Shown here in pieces: positions 46,301-55,123 of a stretch of 64,000 nt of DNA. The stretch lies in assembly GCF_965139275.1 (NCBI RefSeq), contig NZ_CBCSLE010000005.1, one strand, 5' to 3'. Each line of letters starts with the position of its first letter. Within the stretch, counting starts at the first letter, position 1. Below the pieces are notes generated by a model. The model made no database searches. It was not told the DNA's origin and saw nothing but the letters and a program-made list of their open reading frames with translations. Source of the stretch: Corallococcus exiguus (GTDB taxonomy: Bacteria; Myxococcota; Myxococcia; Myxococcales; Myxococcaceae). The translations under genes were made by a program, and so were the position numbers.

Positions 46301-49300
46301 CGCCAGGAACCCCAGCTTGAGCAGCTTCGTGCCCATGCCGGCGGTGGCCGCGGCGGTGAGGGCGTCCACCGCGCCCATGCCCGCGTCGGTGGCGGCCTCC
46401 TCCCAGCCGTAGGCGCTGCCCTTCATGGCGGCCTTGGTCACCATCGTCACCGCGGCCGTCGCCACCGCCGTGCCCACCAGCACCGGCGTGCTGGCCATGA
46501 ACGCGCCGAACGCGGCCCAGAACCCCGCGCCCGCGGGCGGGAAGAAGATGCTGACGATGACGCCGATGATGACCACCACCGCCATCACCACCGCGGTGAG
46601 GACCATCACCAGCCGGTCGGTGATGAAGTCCACCTGCTCGCGGTGCATCTGCACCGACTCGTCGGCGTACTCGCCCTGGCGCTGCACGCGCTCGGACTTC
46701 TTCTCCCAGTCGTCCTGCCACTTGCGCAGCCCGTCGGCGGTGTAGTTCTTGTCCCCGGGCTTGGGGCGCATCCGCTCGTGCAGCTCCAGCGCGCTCACCT
46801 CGGCGTCGAGCGCGGACGCCTGGTCCAGCACCAGCTGGTACTCCGAGGACGCCATGCTGTTGGTGGAGCTCGCCTCGAAGTGCACCCGGCGCCAGGCGCG
46901 GTCCGCCTTCTCGCGGGGTGTGACGGGCTCGCCGTAGTCCACCATGTCGAGGATGTCGAAGGCCTCGCGTCCGCTCAGCTCCTCGTCGATGCGCGCGCGG
47001 AAGCGCTCGAAGGGCGTGCGCGTGTCGCCAGGGTCGGCGGGGTGGTCCTTGGCCCACTCCTCGGCCATGGCCTGGATCTCCGCCTTCGACTTCCCGGCGA
47101 AGACCTCCTTGAGCGCGTCCTCGTCCGTGCCCACGCCCTGCACGGCGTACTGAACGATTTCCGCGTCGGTGAGGTAGCCCTTCTGCAGCATCGCCGCGAC
47201 GGCGTCCCGGTCCGCGCCGGACGTGTCCATCAGGACGGCCTGCTCGAAGCTCGCCTGCAGGTGCGTGCCCTCCACGTAGGCGCTGTCGTACTCGGCCGCC
47301 AGCGCCTTCATGTTCGCCATGGCATCGGCCTGGGCCTGGGCCTTCGCCTTGACGTCCACCTCCTTGTGTTCCTTCGCGATGCGGGCCTGGACCTTCTCCG
47401 GGCTCCACTTCTCCAGGAACTCCAGCTCGCTGATGCGGCCCTTGCGGCGGTCCTCCTCGGTGAGCGGGCCTTCGCTGGCGGGCTTGACCTTCGCCTCGTC
47501 CAGGCCGCGCTCGATGTCCATCCGTTCCTGGATGTCCAGGTAGCCGTCGCGGCGCGCGTCGGCGACCTGCCGCTTGCCCTGCGCGGACATGGCGTCGCGG
47601 ATGATCTTGTCGTCCGCGTAGATGATGCTGGTGTGCTCGATGCGGATGCGCGCGGCATCCACCTGGAGTCCCTTGTCGTCGCGCAGGCCCTCGATGAGCT
47701 TGAGGTCCTCGCCCTTCATCTCGTCGTGGAACGCGGCGCTGAGCGCGCTCTCGCCCGCGGTGCGCTGGGTCCAATCCGTGCCGTATTGCTGCTCATACGA
47801 CGCGTCGATGGCCTGGTTGCGCTTGAGCAGCTCCGCGCGGAACGTCTTGGTGTCCCAGCCGTACTGCTGGGCGTCGGCCTCCGTCTCCTTGCGGATGCGG
47901 TCGTAGACGCCCTCCATGGCCTTGCGGTCGGTGCCCAGGCCGAAGAACCACCCGCCGCGCATGGCGCGGTCCATCTCGATGGCGCGCGCGTCCTCGGTGC
48001 GGCCCTCCACCAGGGCGTGCATCTCGTCCGCGTCGTGCGTCGTGCGCGCGCCGCTGCGCAGCTCGTCGTCCATCTGGGCGACGAGGTCCTTGCCGTACTT
48101 CAGCTGGTAGGCCTTCTTGATGGCCTCGATCTGCTCCGGCGTCTTGCCGCGAAGCAGGTTGAAGATGGCGTCCTCGTCCGTGCCCCAGCCGGTCCCGAGG
48201 AAGGTGCCCTCCATGGCGTCGTTCAGCTCGACGGCGGCGGCCTTGGAGGCGTTGCCGGAGAGCAGCGCCTCCGCCTTGTCCCAGTCGTGCGTGGTGGTGC
48301 TGAAGAAGTCGTCCAGCTCGCTCTTGAGCCGCTCGCGCAGGTTCTCGTTGTGCTCCTGCTGGTAGAGGACCTCGATGTAGTGGCCCTGGAGCGGGTTGAG
48401 GTTGGCGAGCGCGTCGAAGATCTTCTTCTCGTCCGTGCCCCACTGGTCCACGCCCTCCCAGACCTTGAGGGAGATGTTGCGAGCGCGGTTGCTGAAGAGG
48501 GGCTCCTGCTGGTCGACGACGGTCTTGAGCCGCTCCAGGTCCGTGGACGCGAGCAGCTCCTTCTCCAGGGCCTCCATGAGCGGCTTGCGCCGCTGGCCGA
48601 TGATTCGCACGGCCAGGCCCTCCGCGAGCGCCTGCACCGCGTCCTTGCCACCCTTGCCGTAGTAGGAGAGCAGGATGGCCTTCTGCTCCTCGCTGAGGGC
48701 GTTGTTCCCCTTGATGGTCTCCGCGTCCAGCTCCTCGCCCTGGCGCAGGCGCACCTCCGCGAGGAACAGCATGTTCTGGTCCAACGACGTCTTGTTCTCC
48801 GCCGCGCGAGCGGTCTCCCACGCGCGGCTCTCGTCGTGGGCGGCCTCCAGCCAGTCGATGATCCACCCGAGCAGCCGGTCCCAGAAGCCGCGCTCGTAGC
48901 CGACCTGCTTCGCGTGCCAGTCGCGGATGACGTCCCGGGCCTCCCTGCCGGCGTCGCGCAGTTCCTGCTGATAGCGCTCCACGCTCTGGTCGATGTCGCG
49001 CTTCGCCTTCGTGACGACGGCGCCAATCTCCTTGCGCCGGTCGTCCATCCACTTCTTGGTGGGGCGGTACGCCTCCGTGGCGGTCTTGAGCTTCACCGGA
49101 TCATCGCCAGCGTCCTTCTTGAGCTCCCACTCGTCCTGGAGGGCGGCGAGCTCGTAGGCGTGCATCTGGTCGCTCGCGGCCTTCGCGAAGGCTTCCTTGA
49201 AGCGCTTGCCGTTCTGGTCATACCGGACGACCCAGTTGCTCACCTTGGTGTCCACGGCCGCGATGAGCGCGTCGCGCTTGCGCCGGGCCTCGGTCAGGTC

Positions 49301-51394
49301 GACGCCGCCCTTGATGGCGGCGGCCTTCGCCTCGGACTGCGCGTCGAGCGACGCGCGCATGCGCGACAGGGAATCAGCGAACGACTTGCCGCCCTCCTCC
49401 AGGCTCGTCTTCGCATCCTCGTGGGCCTTGCTGAGCGTGCCGGTGGTGGCGGCGTGTGAGTCCACCAATTGCTTGCGGCGGGCCTCCACCTTCGCGTCCA
49501 GGTCCTCCTTCTTGATCTGAGCGGCGTCCGCGACGCGCTGGAGCTCCGCGGCGAAGATGGGGCGTTCGGCGGCGATGAGCGCGATGCCCCAGGACGCATC
49601 CAGGCCGCCCGGGACATAGGCCTCGCGGGCCTTCTGGACGGAGGCGTCCGCGTACTTGTCCGGAGCGACGAGCAGCCGAGCCAGCACGTCGCCAATGTCC
49701 ACGCGAGCGAAGTCAGGGACGTTGATGGGCGCGGGGGCGGCCTGTTCGAGGACGGTGATGCCCTTCGCGGGTTCCTTGGGCTGGACCTTCGCCTTCTTCT
49801 GCTTGTCGGCCTCGGCGGTGATCTTCTTCTGGAGACGCGTCCAGTCCTTGAGCTTCTCCGGGTCGGTGGGCTTGGGACCGCCGGGCTTGTAGACGAGGTC
49901 GCCGAGCGGGCCCTTGATGAGCATGTGCCCGCCGTCGTCGCGCACGAGCTGCGCGCCAATCTCCGGCACGTGGCCCAGCGGGCTCTTCTGCAGGTCGGGG
50001 AGTTTGGCCTCCTTGACGTCCAGCTTCCGGTCGCACTTCGCATCCACCAGCGAAGAGGCCTTGCCGGTGGGATCATCCGGGATGGCTGGAAGGTCCTTCG
50101 GCTGCTTCGCCGGGGTGATGGCCTTCTTGCCTTCGTCCTCCAGTTGCTTGAGGCGCGCGGCGCGGACCGCGTTGGGGTCCACGGCGGCCTGGGTGATCTT
50201 GAACGTGTAGCGGGGCGCCGGAGGAAGCTGTGGCTCCGGCACCTGCGCCGTGCTGCTGGCGATGCGGCCCTTCCATGCGGCGACCGGATCCGCGTCCGCG
50301 CTCACCGCTGGCGCAGCGGGGATGGGCCCCGCCGTGACAGGTGCTGCCGGAGCAGGAGGCGGCGCGGGAAGGCTGGCAGGAGGCTCCACCGCCGCGACGG
50401 CACCCGTCGGATCCGGAGCGGTTTCGAGACCGTGCTTGATGCCTTGGACGCCCTGCGCATGGGCCGCGGCCAGCTCCTTCTGCCACTCCATCGCGGCCGG
50501 AGGCACGGGCACCCTGGGGCCTGTGTCGACCGTGGCATCCGTCTGGATGGGAGGAGGCTCCTGGGGCCCTGCGCCAGGGGAGGCCTGACGGACGACGATG
50601 TGGACATCGCTCTGACTCGACAGCGCGGACACCCGCGTGTCGATGCGCGCGGCGTCGTCCATGCCGCCGGGAGCGGTCCCCGTGGGGATGGATGCCGGCG
50701 CGGGAGCTTGCTCAGGCGTTGCCACGTCGCCGCCCGCGCTGGGCGCTTCGACGGTGGTTGCTGCAATGGCATCAGGCGCTGGAGAAGTGCTGCCCCCGAG
50801 TCCCGCTGCTTCCGACTCCTCAGTGACCGTAGAGGGTTCGAGGTCTGAAGCACGGGCCTCGGCGAGCCGCGCGGCGGTGTCTCCGAGTTGCTCAGCGGAA
50901 CCCAGAGGCAGGACGGCCATGCGCGCCGCATCACGCCGTCGAGCATCCTCTTCCTGCTGCTCGAGGGTCGCGGGCTGGGACGCGCCAGCCGCCTGCGCGA
51001 GCCCGGTGTTCGGCTGTGGCGCGAGCCCATGGATGCCCAGCTCCGCCTCGACGGCGCCGGGCGTGGAGAGCAGCGCGACCTCCGGTGGGTGGACCGGGCA
51101 CGGCTCGAAAAGATGCGAGCGCGGACCGCCCAGCGTGCGCCACGCCGGGTCGCTCCACCGGCGCTCCAGGTCGCGAGCGGCATCACGGAGCACAGGCCCG
51201 TGGAGAGCAGGGGCCGCGCCCTTCAGCGACGCGAGCCGCGCCGCCAGCTCACGCGCGGGATTGGACGAGGAAGGGCCCCGGGGAACGACACCCGGAGCAC
51301 GAGGAAGGGCCGCGGAGGACGAGGGAGTGCGCCCGGAGTTCTTCCGGAGCATGGCCTTGGCGGAGGCCTTCGGGCCCTGGTCACGGATGCGCAC
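43382..51394 (-). CDS. Giant 2670-aa protein: disordered Ala/Pro-rich N-terminus, long Lys/Glu-rich helical region, four annexin repeats, multi-helix TM block, C-terminal HExxH motif; candidate CIS effector/toxin (alternatively an oversized tape measure)
   Basis: Annexin repeats: WGTDEKKIFDALANLNPLQGHYIEVLY; GWGTDEDAIFNLLRGKTPEQIEAIKKAYQLKYGKDLVAQMDDELRSG; GLGTDRKAMEGVYDRIRKE; GVGTDEDALKEVFAGKSKAEIQAMAEEW (approx nt 47040-48450). TM block FITDRLVMVLTAVVMAVVVIIGVIVSIFF... (approx 46300-46650). VHESRH (approx 43594-43611). Directly downstream of the ATPase. Confidence 0.7.
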   Translation of the reverse strand: MRIRDQGPKASAKAMLRKNSGRTPSSSAALPRAPGVVPRGPSSSNPARELAARLASLKGAAPALHGPVLRDAARDLERRWSDPAWRTLGGPRSHLFEPCPVHPPEVALLSTPGAVEAELGIHGLAPQPNTGLAQAAGASQPATLEQQEEDARRRDAARMAVLPLGSAEQLGDTAARLAEARASDLEPSTVTEESEAAGLGGSTSPAPDAIAATTVEAPSAGGDVATPEQAPAPASIPTGTAPGGMDDAARIDTRVSALSSQSDVHIVVRQASPGAGPQEPPPIQTDATVDTGPRVPVPPAAMEWQKELAAAHAQGVQGIKHGLETAPDPTGAVAAVEPPASLPAPPPAPAAPVTAGPIPAAPAVSADADPVAAWKGRIASSTAQVPEPQLPPAPRYTFKITQAAVDPNAVRAARLKQLEDEGKKAITPAKQPKDLPAIPDDPTGKASSLVDAKCDRKLDVKEAKLPDLQKSPLGHVPEIGAQLVRDDGGHMLIKGPLGDLVYKPGGPKPTDPEKLKDWTRLQKKITAEADKQKKAKVQPKEPAKGITVLEQAAPAPINVPDFARVDIGDVLARLLVAPDKYADASVQKAREAYVPGGLDASWGIALIAAERPIFAAELQRVADAAQIKKEDLDAKVEARRKQLVDSHAATTGTLSKAHEDAKTSLEEGGKSFADSLSRMRASLDAQSEAKAAAIKGGVDLTEARRKRDALIAAVDTKVSNWVVRYDQNGKRFKEAFAKAASDQMHAYELAALQDEWELKKDAGDDPVKLKTATEAYRPTKKWMDDRRKEIGAVVTKAKRDIDQSVERYQQELRDAGREARDVIRDWHAKQVGYERGFWDRLLGWIIDWLEAAHDESRAWETARAAENKTSLDQNMLFLAEVRLRQGEELDAETIKGNNALSEEQKAILLSYYGKGGKDAVQALAEGLAVRIIGQRRKPLMEALEKELLASTDLERLKTVVDQQEPLFSNRARNISLKVWEGVDQWGTDEKKIFDALANLNPLQGHYIEVLYQQEHNENLRERLKSELDDFFSTTTHDWDKAEALLSGNASKAAAVELNDAMEGTFLGTGWGTDEDAIFNLLRGKTPEQIEAIKKAYQLKYGKDLVAQMDDELRSGARTTHDADEMHALVEGRTEDARAIEMDRAMRGGWFFGLGTDRKAMEGVYDRIRKETEADAQQYGWDTKTFRAELLKRNQAIDASYEQQYGTDWTQRTAGESALSAAFHDEMKGEDLKLIEGLRDDKGLQVDAARIRIEHTSIIYADDKIIRDAMSAQGKRQVADARRDGYLDIQERMDIERGLDEAKVKPASEGPLTEEDRRKGRISELEFLEKWSPEKVQARIAKEHKEVDVKAKAQAQADAMANMKALAAEYDSAYVEGTHLQASFEQAVLMDTSGADRDAVAAMLQKGYLTDAEIVQYAVQGVGTDEDALKEVFAGKSKAEIQAMAEEWAKDHPADPGDTRTPFERFRARIDEELSGREAFDILDMVDYGEPVTPREKADRAWRRVHFEASSTNSMASSEYQLVLDQASALDAEVSALELHERMRPKPGDKNYTADGLRKWQDDWEKKSERVQRQGEYADESVQMHREQVDFITDRLVMVLTAVVMAVVVIIGVIVSIFFPPAGAGFWAAFGAFMASTPVLVGTAVATAAVTMVTKAAMKGSAYGWEEAATDAGMGAVDALTAAATAGMGTKLLKLGFLARMAEEGGVLARMTAHGLAQGAEGLAQSVPSAFLGNVLNDANYKGGNALFNVLAGTALQAAPGAVMAGGLGALGGISKPHVPPRTQDLLNFRGTPKERLTLFKKWKAENPAGNMKEFLREFDEGLLKQMSGDFDRQQLQRAMRKELLEHIPPAQRKAFANTPIELISEADFEALTGSKSAQAVTMFRRGKPTIIVKAGADLSDLGEEGLHLLQRHDKATRDLIKALDERALRHWDKLPIEKQFELYRKKLLLEIDAQESLLTSLEGKRGVSMEPEEATRRIRQGKKTLENLRQRMKEVDAFTPLDMAEFGQGVRSKPQYLNEPPRLFSKKKPPVPPPEAEGARQLEMEFTPAKPPEVVVPETKPPAVTTRGGGKKKALVLTVTDTEPVIRQSGRPNDVWPNTVLHADHPEVGPFSKGGPELDDPFIKSAPRQVFTDAQRARTTLVLDPSDTVAQIGPAWQEVKYRPKELRYYKLVEVTRASGETEYIELILSKRSGNRWEPRGFITTEAGEVVEKQKSLAFTEALLGERLGPTERFRRLDFKPRGAEQGSGIDEIIVEFDHAADPTSAKLHLVEVKGGKHAPRLKDFTAVGENLRKNLDDLQAQLSDLAWARARGLGPAHLEALTKAIDEWRVSIELRVGPITPMPPPGWELVDRVERIADAWRKMSLVREVMPHGSAPRAELDALMGVFRDELKKGRVGATLKVLKKVESALKGTKRKPGLLAQYNIDPKQLKGLIHSLDPNVKPGEIARIIEPFETAKRIRTIGPTGNVLGWGDFDITVSRSWSSRRFKRFELAQMRDLQAGLEDIPELDPSTFGTLSLRDRQQALKKSVGAAMDAMGIPRSRRPQVQFQNLPAGDYGWMEWDFNVTHQGRLAPVSRRGVIVINENLDVGDAVGTAVHESRHYYQAYQAYQYSIGRQSHPFSRRWWRNLPGSGGHYYGPGDPRYFRQPIETDAESFGRRVIDLLPPRWPPP

Positions 51395-51425
51395 GGTCCC
51401 CCCCGCACCATCAGCGCGAGGAACG

Positions 51426-53774
51426 CTAGGTCATCTCCACATCGAGGACCAGCGAGGCCCGGATGGGATGTCCATGACTGCTCCAGAAGCGATGGAGCAG
51501 GTCAAAGTCATAACTCTCCTGGACGCGAGGTGTGAGCTTGCGGCCATCCAGCTCGTGCGGGAGTCCACGTGAGAGCAACCCATGCAACACGCCAAGCAGC
51601 TCATGTTCCTCCTCCGCGCGGTGGGACCACGCGGAGACGATGAGCCCCAGCCGCAGCGCACCGTTCTGGGTGACAGCCAGCCGGTAGAGCGCAAGCGACA
51701 CGGCGGGCCGCTTCCCCGCGAGCGCCTCCCGGGTGGGAGAGCCGTGGAGGATGTGGACCTCCTTGAGGAAGTGTTGTCTGAGCTGCGAGTCCAGTGCCTC
51801 CTGGAACACTTCCGCCACGCGGCGCAAGCGTGTGCCCGCGTCCGAAGGAGCCTCCGCCTCCGGACGCCGCGAGAGCCGGCCCAGCTCGTACAGCTCCAGC
51901 GCGACCGCGCGCTCCAGGTGCTCCTGAGACAGCGGAGCACCCGCCTGTTCGGCGAGGAAGATGGCCTTGAGCGCGGCGTTGCGGATGTCGCCGCCCGCCA
52001 GCCGGTGCCGCTGCGCCAGGCCCGCCAGGTCGAGCGCCCCCGCGCGAGGCACACCCTCCGGAAGCATCAGCTCCCAGATGCGGCGGCGCTCGTCGACCTC
52101 GGGGAAGGGGAACTCGATGCGCGCGTGGAAGCGGCGCAGGAAGGCTTCATCGATGGCCGTCTGCAGATTGGTGGCGAGGATGATCAGCCCGTCGTGACGT
52201 TCGATGCGCTGGAGGAGGAAGCCGACCTCCAGGTTGGCGAAGCGGTCATTGGCGTTGCTGACCTCCGTGCGCGCGGAGAACAGCGAGTCCGCCTCGTCGA
52301 AGAACAGCACGGCGCCGGAGCGCTCGCCGTGGGACAGCACCTCGTCGATGTTCTTCTCCGTCTCACCCACGTACTTGCTGACGAGCCGGGACAGGTCGAT
52401 GACATACAGCGGCCGGCCCACCGCATGGGCGATGACCTCCGCCGCCAGGGTCTTTCCCGTGCCGGAGCGTCCAGAGAAAAGCGCCACCGGGCCCGTGTGC
52501 AACCGGAAGCGGCGAGACAGGCCACGCTCTTCGGCGACGCGGTCGCGCTGGGCCACGTAGAACAGCAGGCGCTCCAAGGCCGCGCGAGTGGTGTCACGCA
52601 CCACGAGGTCCTCGAACGTCCGCGATGTCTCCAGCCGGTAGCCATGGCGCAAGGGCACCTGGACCAGCCGAGATGCAGCGGCACGAAGCGCATCCGCGTC
52701 ACCGCCGGGAGCCGAGTCGAACACGCGGCGGATCTCCTGAAGCCCGCCCCGAAAGCCAGACGCCAGCCGTCCCGCATCCGCCTCCGTCAATGACAGTCCC
52801 CGAACCTGGGCCTCCTCCAGCCACAGGGTCCGCCGCTGGACGAAGCCTGGCGCGGGAGCCTCATGGTGCGGCACGGCGAAAGGCTGCGCGGAGTCCGCGA
52901 GCACCAGGGCCCGCCCGCCAAACCGTTGGCACAACCCAGACAGCGTCTCCGTGACGGAGAGTGCCAGCCCCCGCTCACCACCGGACATGTCCACGGCCAG
53001 CATCGCGCCGCGCACCGACGCCAGACGCCACAGGGCCCGGGCCATGGAAACCGGCTCCGGTGCCCCAGCCCACCGAGCGACAACCAGCGGCACACCGGCT
53101 TCGTCAGCGAGGCTCATCGCCACGCCCAGCCGCTCCCCCTCGCCATGCACGACAGCGAACGTCCCGAGTGACGAAGACGGCAGCACCTCCGGTCCATGCC
53201 ACTCCAGCGAGAGCTCGCCCAGCACGGAGGGCCGGGGCAGCTCCAGCAGGGCCTCGCGGACCTCCGGAGCCAGGTCCACGGGCCGGAGCATGGGAGGAAA
53301 AGCGCCAGCGCCCGTCTGCAACAATCCTCCGCCCACCAGGAGTCCGCTGTCGGTCAGGGACGCCAGCAAGCGCTGCGCGCGAGCAGGCGTGCGTCCCAGG
53401 ACGGTGAGCAGCAGTCGCTCCACGTTCCATCCCTGCGCGGTCTCGTCCTGGAGCACGGCGAACAGGCGCGAATACCGGGGCTCCAGCCACGTCGCGAGCA
53501 GGAGCAATAGCGCCTCCTCCTCCACGGTGTCGACGCGAAGTGAAGCCCGCAGCCGCGCGAAGGGAAGGGGAGGCGAAGTCCCCAGGAGCGGCGTCTCCGC
53601 GAGCGCCGAGCTGAAGGCGAGCTCGGCGGTGGAAGGGCGCACGGTGGTGCGCACGGCATCCCAGCCATTCTCCTGTTCCCCCCGGAGCTTCGAAGCGCGG
53701 GCCTCCTCCAGGTCACACACCTGGACGAGCAGCGCATCCAGACGCCTCAGCGTCTCCCCCCACAACGGATCCAT
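51426..53774 (-). CDS. eCIS-type AAA+ ATPase (Afp15/Pvc15-like, CDC48-family)
   Basis: Walker A GPVALFSGRSGTGKT. Walker B VLFFDEADSLF. SRH ATNLQTAIDEAFLRRF. Start chosen at MDPLWG, with GGAGG 5 nt upstream; the ORF extends to 53867. Confidence 0.8.
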   Translation of the reverse strand: MDPLWGETLRRLDALLVQVCDLEEARASKLRGEQENGWDAVRTTVRPSTAELAFSSALAETPLLGTSPPLPFARLRASLRVDTVEEEALLLLLATWLEPRYSRLFAVLQDETAQGWNVERLLLTVLGRTPARAQRLLASLTDSGLLVGGGLLQTGAGAFPPMLRPVDLAPEVREALLELPRPSVLGELSLEWHGPEVLPSSSLGTFAVVHGEGERLGVAMSLADEAGVPLVVARWAGAPEPVSMARALWRLASVRGAMLAVDMSGGERGLALSVTETLSGLCQRFGGRALVLADSAQPFAVPHHEAPAPGFVQRRTLWLEEAQVRGLSLTEADAGRLASGFRGGLQEIRRVFDSAPGGDADALRAAASRLVQVPLRHGYRLETSRTFEDLVVRDTTRAALERLLFYVAQRDRVAEERGLSRRFRLHTGPVALFSGRSGTGKTLAAEVIAHAVGRPLYVIDLSRLVSKYVGETEKNIDEVLSHGERSGAVLFFDEADSLFSARTEVSNANDRFANLEVGFLLQRIERHDGLIILATNLQTAIDEAFLRRFHARIEFPFPEVDERRRIWELMLPEGVPRAGALDLAGLAQRHRLAGGDIRNAALKAIFLAEQAGAPLSQEHLERAVALELYELGRLSRRPEAEAPSDAGTRLRRVAEVFQEALDSQLRQHFLKEVHILHGSPTREALAGKRPAVSLALYRLAVTQNGALRLGLIVSAWSHRAEEEHELLGVLHGLLSRGLPHELDGRKLTPRVQESYDFDLLHRFWSSHGHPIRASLVLDVEMT

Positions 53775-53920
53775 GGGCGCCTCCAGCCGGCCAGCATACG
53801 GAGGGCGGGTGGATCCGGCCATGGACGGGCCCGGAGGGCAGGTTCCACTGCGTTGGTATTCCGCCAATGGATTGGAGGAAGTGCTGACCGGGTGGCGGGG
53901 CGGGTGGTAGAGACCGGCAC

Positions 53921-54421
53921 ATGACTCAGAGTGGTACTGAAGGGGTGTCGGCCCTGGACTTCCGGGAGGCGATGTCCCGGTGGGCGAGCGGGGTGGCGGT
54001 GGTCTCCGTCCGTGACGCGGACGGGATCGCGGCGACGACGGTCAGCTCCTTCAGCTCCCTCTCCCTGACGCCTCCGCTGATTGCCCTGGCGCTGCAGCAG
54101 TCCTCCCGCACGCTCAAGCGCGTGGAGGCCGCCCGCCGCTTCAGTGTGAGCGTGCTGTCCACCATCCAACGCGACGTGTCGGTCCGCTGCGCGAAGGGGG
54201 AGGCCGAAGGCCGGATGTTCGACGAAGGTGCCTTCGTGCAGGACAGCCTGGTGGGTCTGGCGTGCGCTCTGTTGGATGTGCACCGTTACGGCGATCACCT
54301 GTTGCTGGTGGGCCGTGTGGAGCGCATCCAGCGGGGAGTGGACGAAGAACCGTTGCTCTACTGGAACCGGGGGTATCGCGCGCTGACGGCGCACCCGGAG
54401 CCAGGGCCCGCCCCGAAGTAG
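53921..54421 (+). CDS. Flavin reductase-like (FMN-binding, Flavin_Reduct domain) protein
   Basis: FREAMSRWASGVAVVSVRDADGIAATTVSSFSSLSLTPPLIALAL and YGDHLLLVGRVERI are typical of the family. Confidence 0.7.
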   Translation: MTQSGTEGVSALDFREAMSRWASGVAVVSVRDADGIAATTVSSFSSLSLTPPLIALALQQSSRTLKRVEAARRFSVSVLSTIQRDVSVRCAKGEAEGRMFDEGAFVQDSLVGLACALLDVHRYGDHLLLVGRVERIQRGVDEEPLLYWNRGYRALTAHPEPGPAPK

Positions 54422-54466
54422 CGAACGAGTAGCCGAATCTCACTGAACCCGGAAAGGACGCACCCG

Positions 54467-55051
<585 letters not shown>

Positions 55052-55069
55052 TGTGAAGTGAAGTGACGG

Positions 55070-55113
55070 GAACCGCGCGGCCCGGCTCGGCACGGTCCGG
55101 AGCGGCGCGGTTC
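55070..55113. terminator. Stem-loop (GAACCGCGC...GCGCGGTTC) between convergent sod and kinase genes
   Basis: 9-bp perfect inverted repeat with structured loop. No strong U-tract. Confidence 0.3.
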
Positions 55114-55123
55114 TCGGATGTGT

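Noticed and set aside
45605-49459. 1284-aa plus-strand ORF antisense to the annexin-containing giant
   Set aside because: His/Arg/Gly/Leu-rich low-complexity translation. The minus strand shows annexin repeats and a TM block.
5407-53774. Interpretation as an integrated prophage or R-type tailocin
   Set aside because: No integrase, capsid, portal, terminase, holin or endolysin genes. Presence of a CDC48-like ATPase and a large effector-like gene fits eCIS rather than phage or tailocin.
5407-53774. Interpretation as a type VI secretion system
   Set aside because: Single long phage-type sheath rather than TssB/TssC pair. gp19-type tubes rather than Hcp. No TssM/L/K/J or ClpV-like double-AAA ATPase visible.
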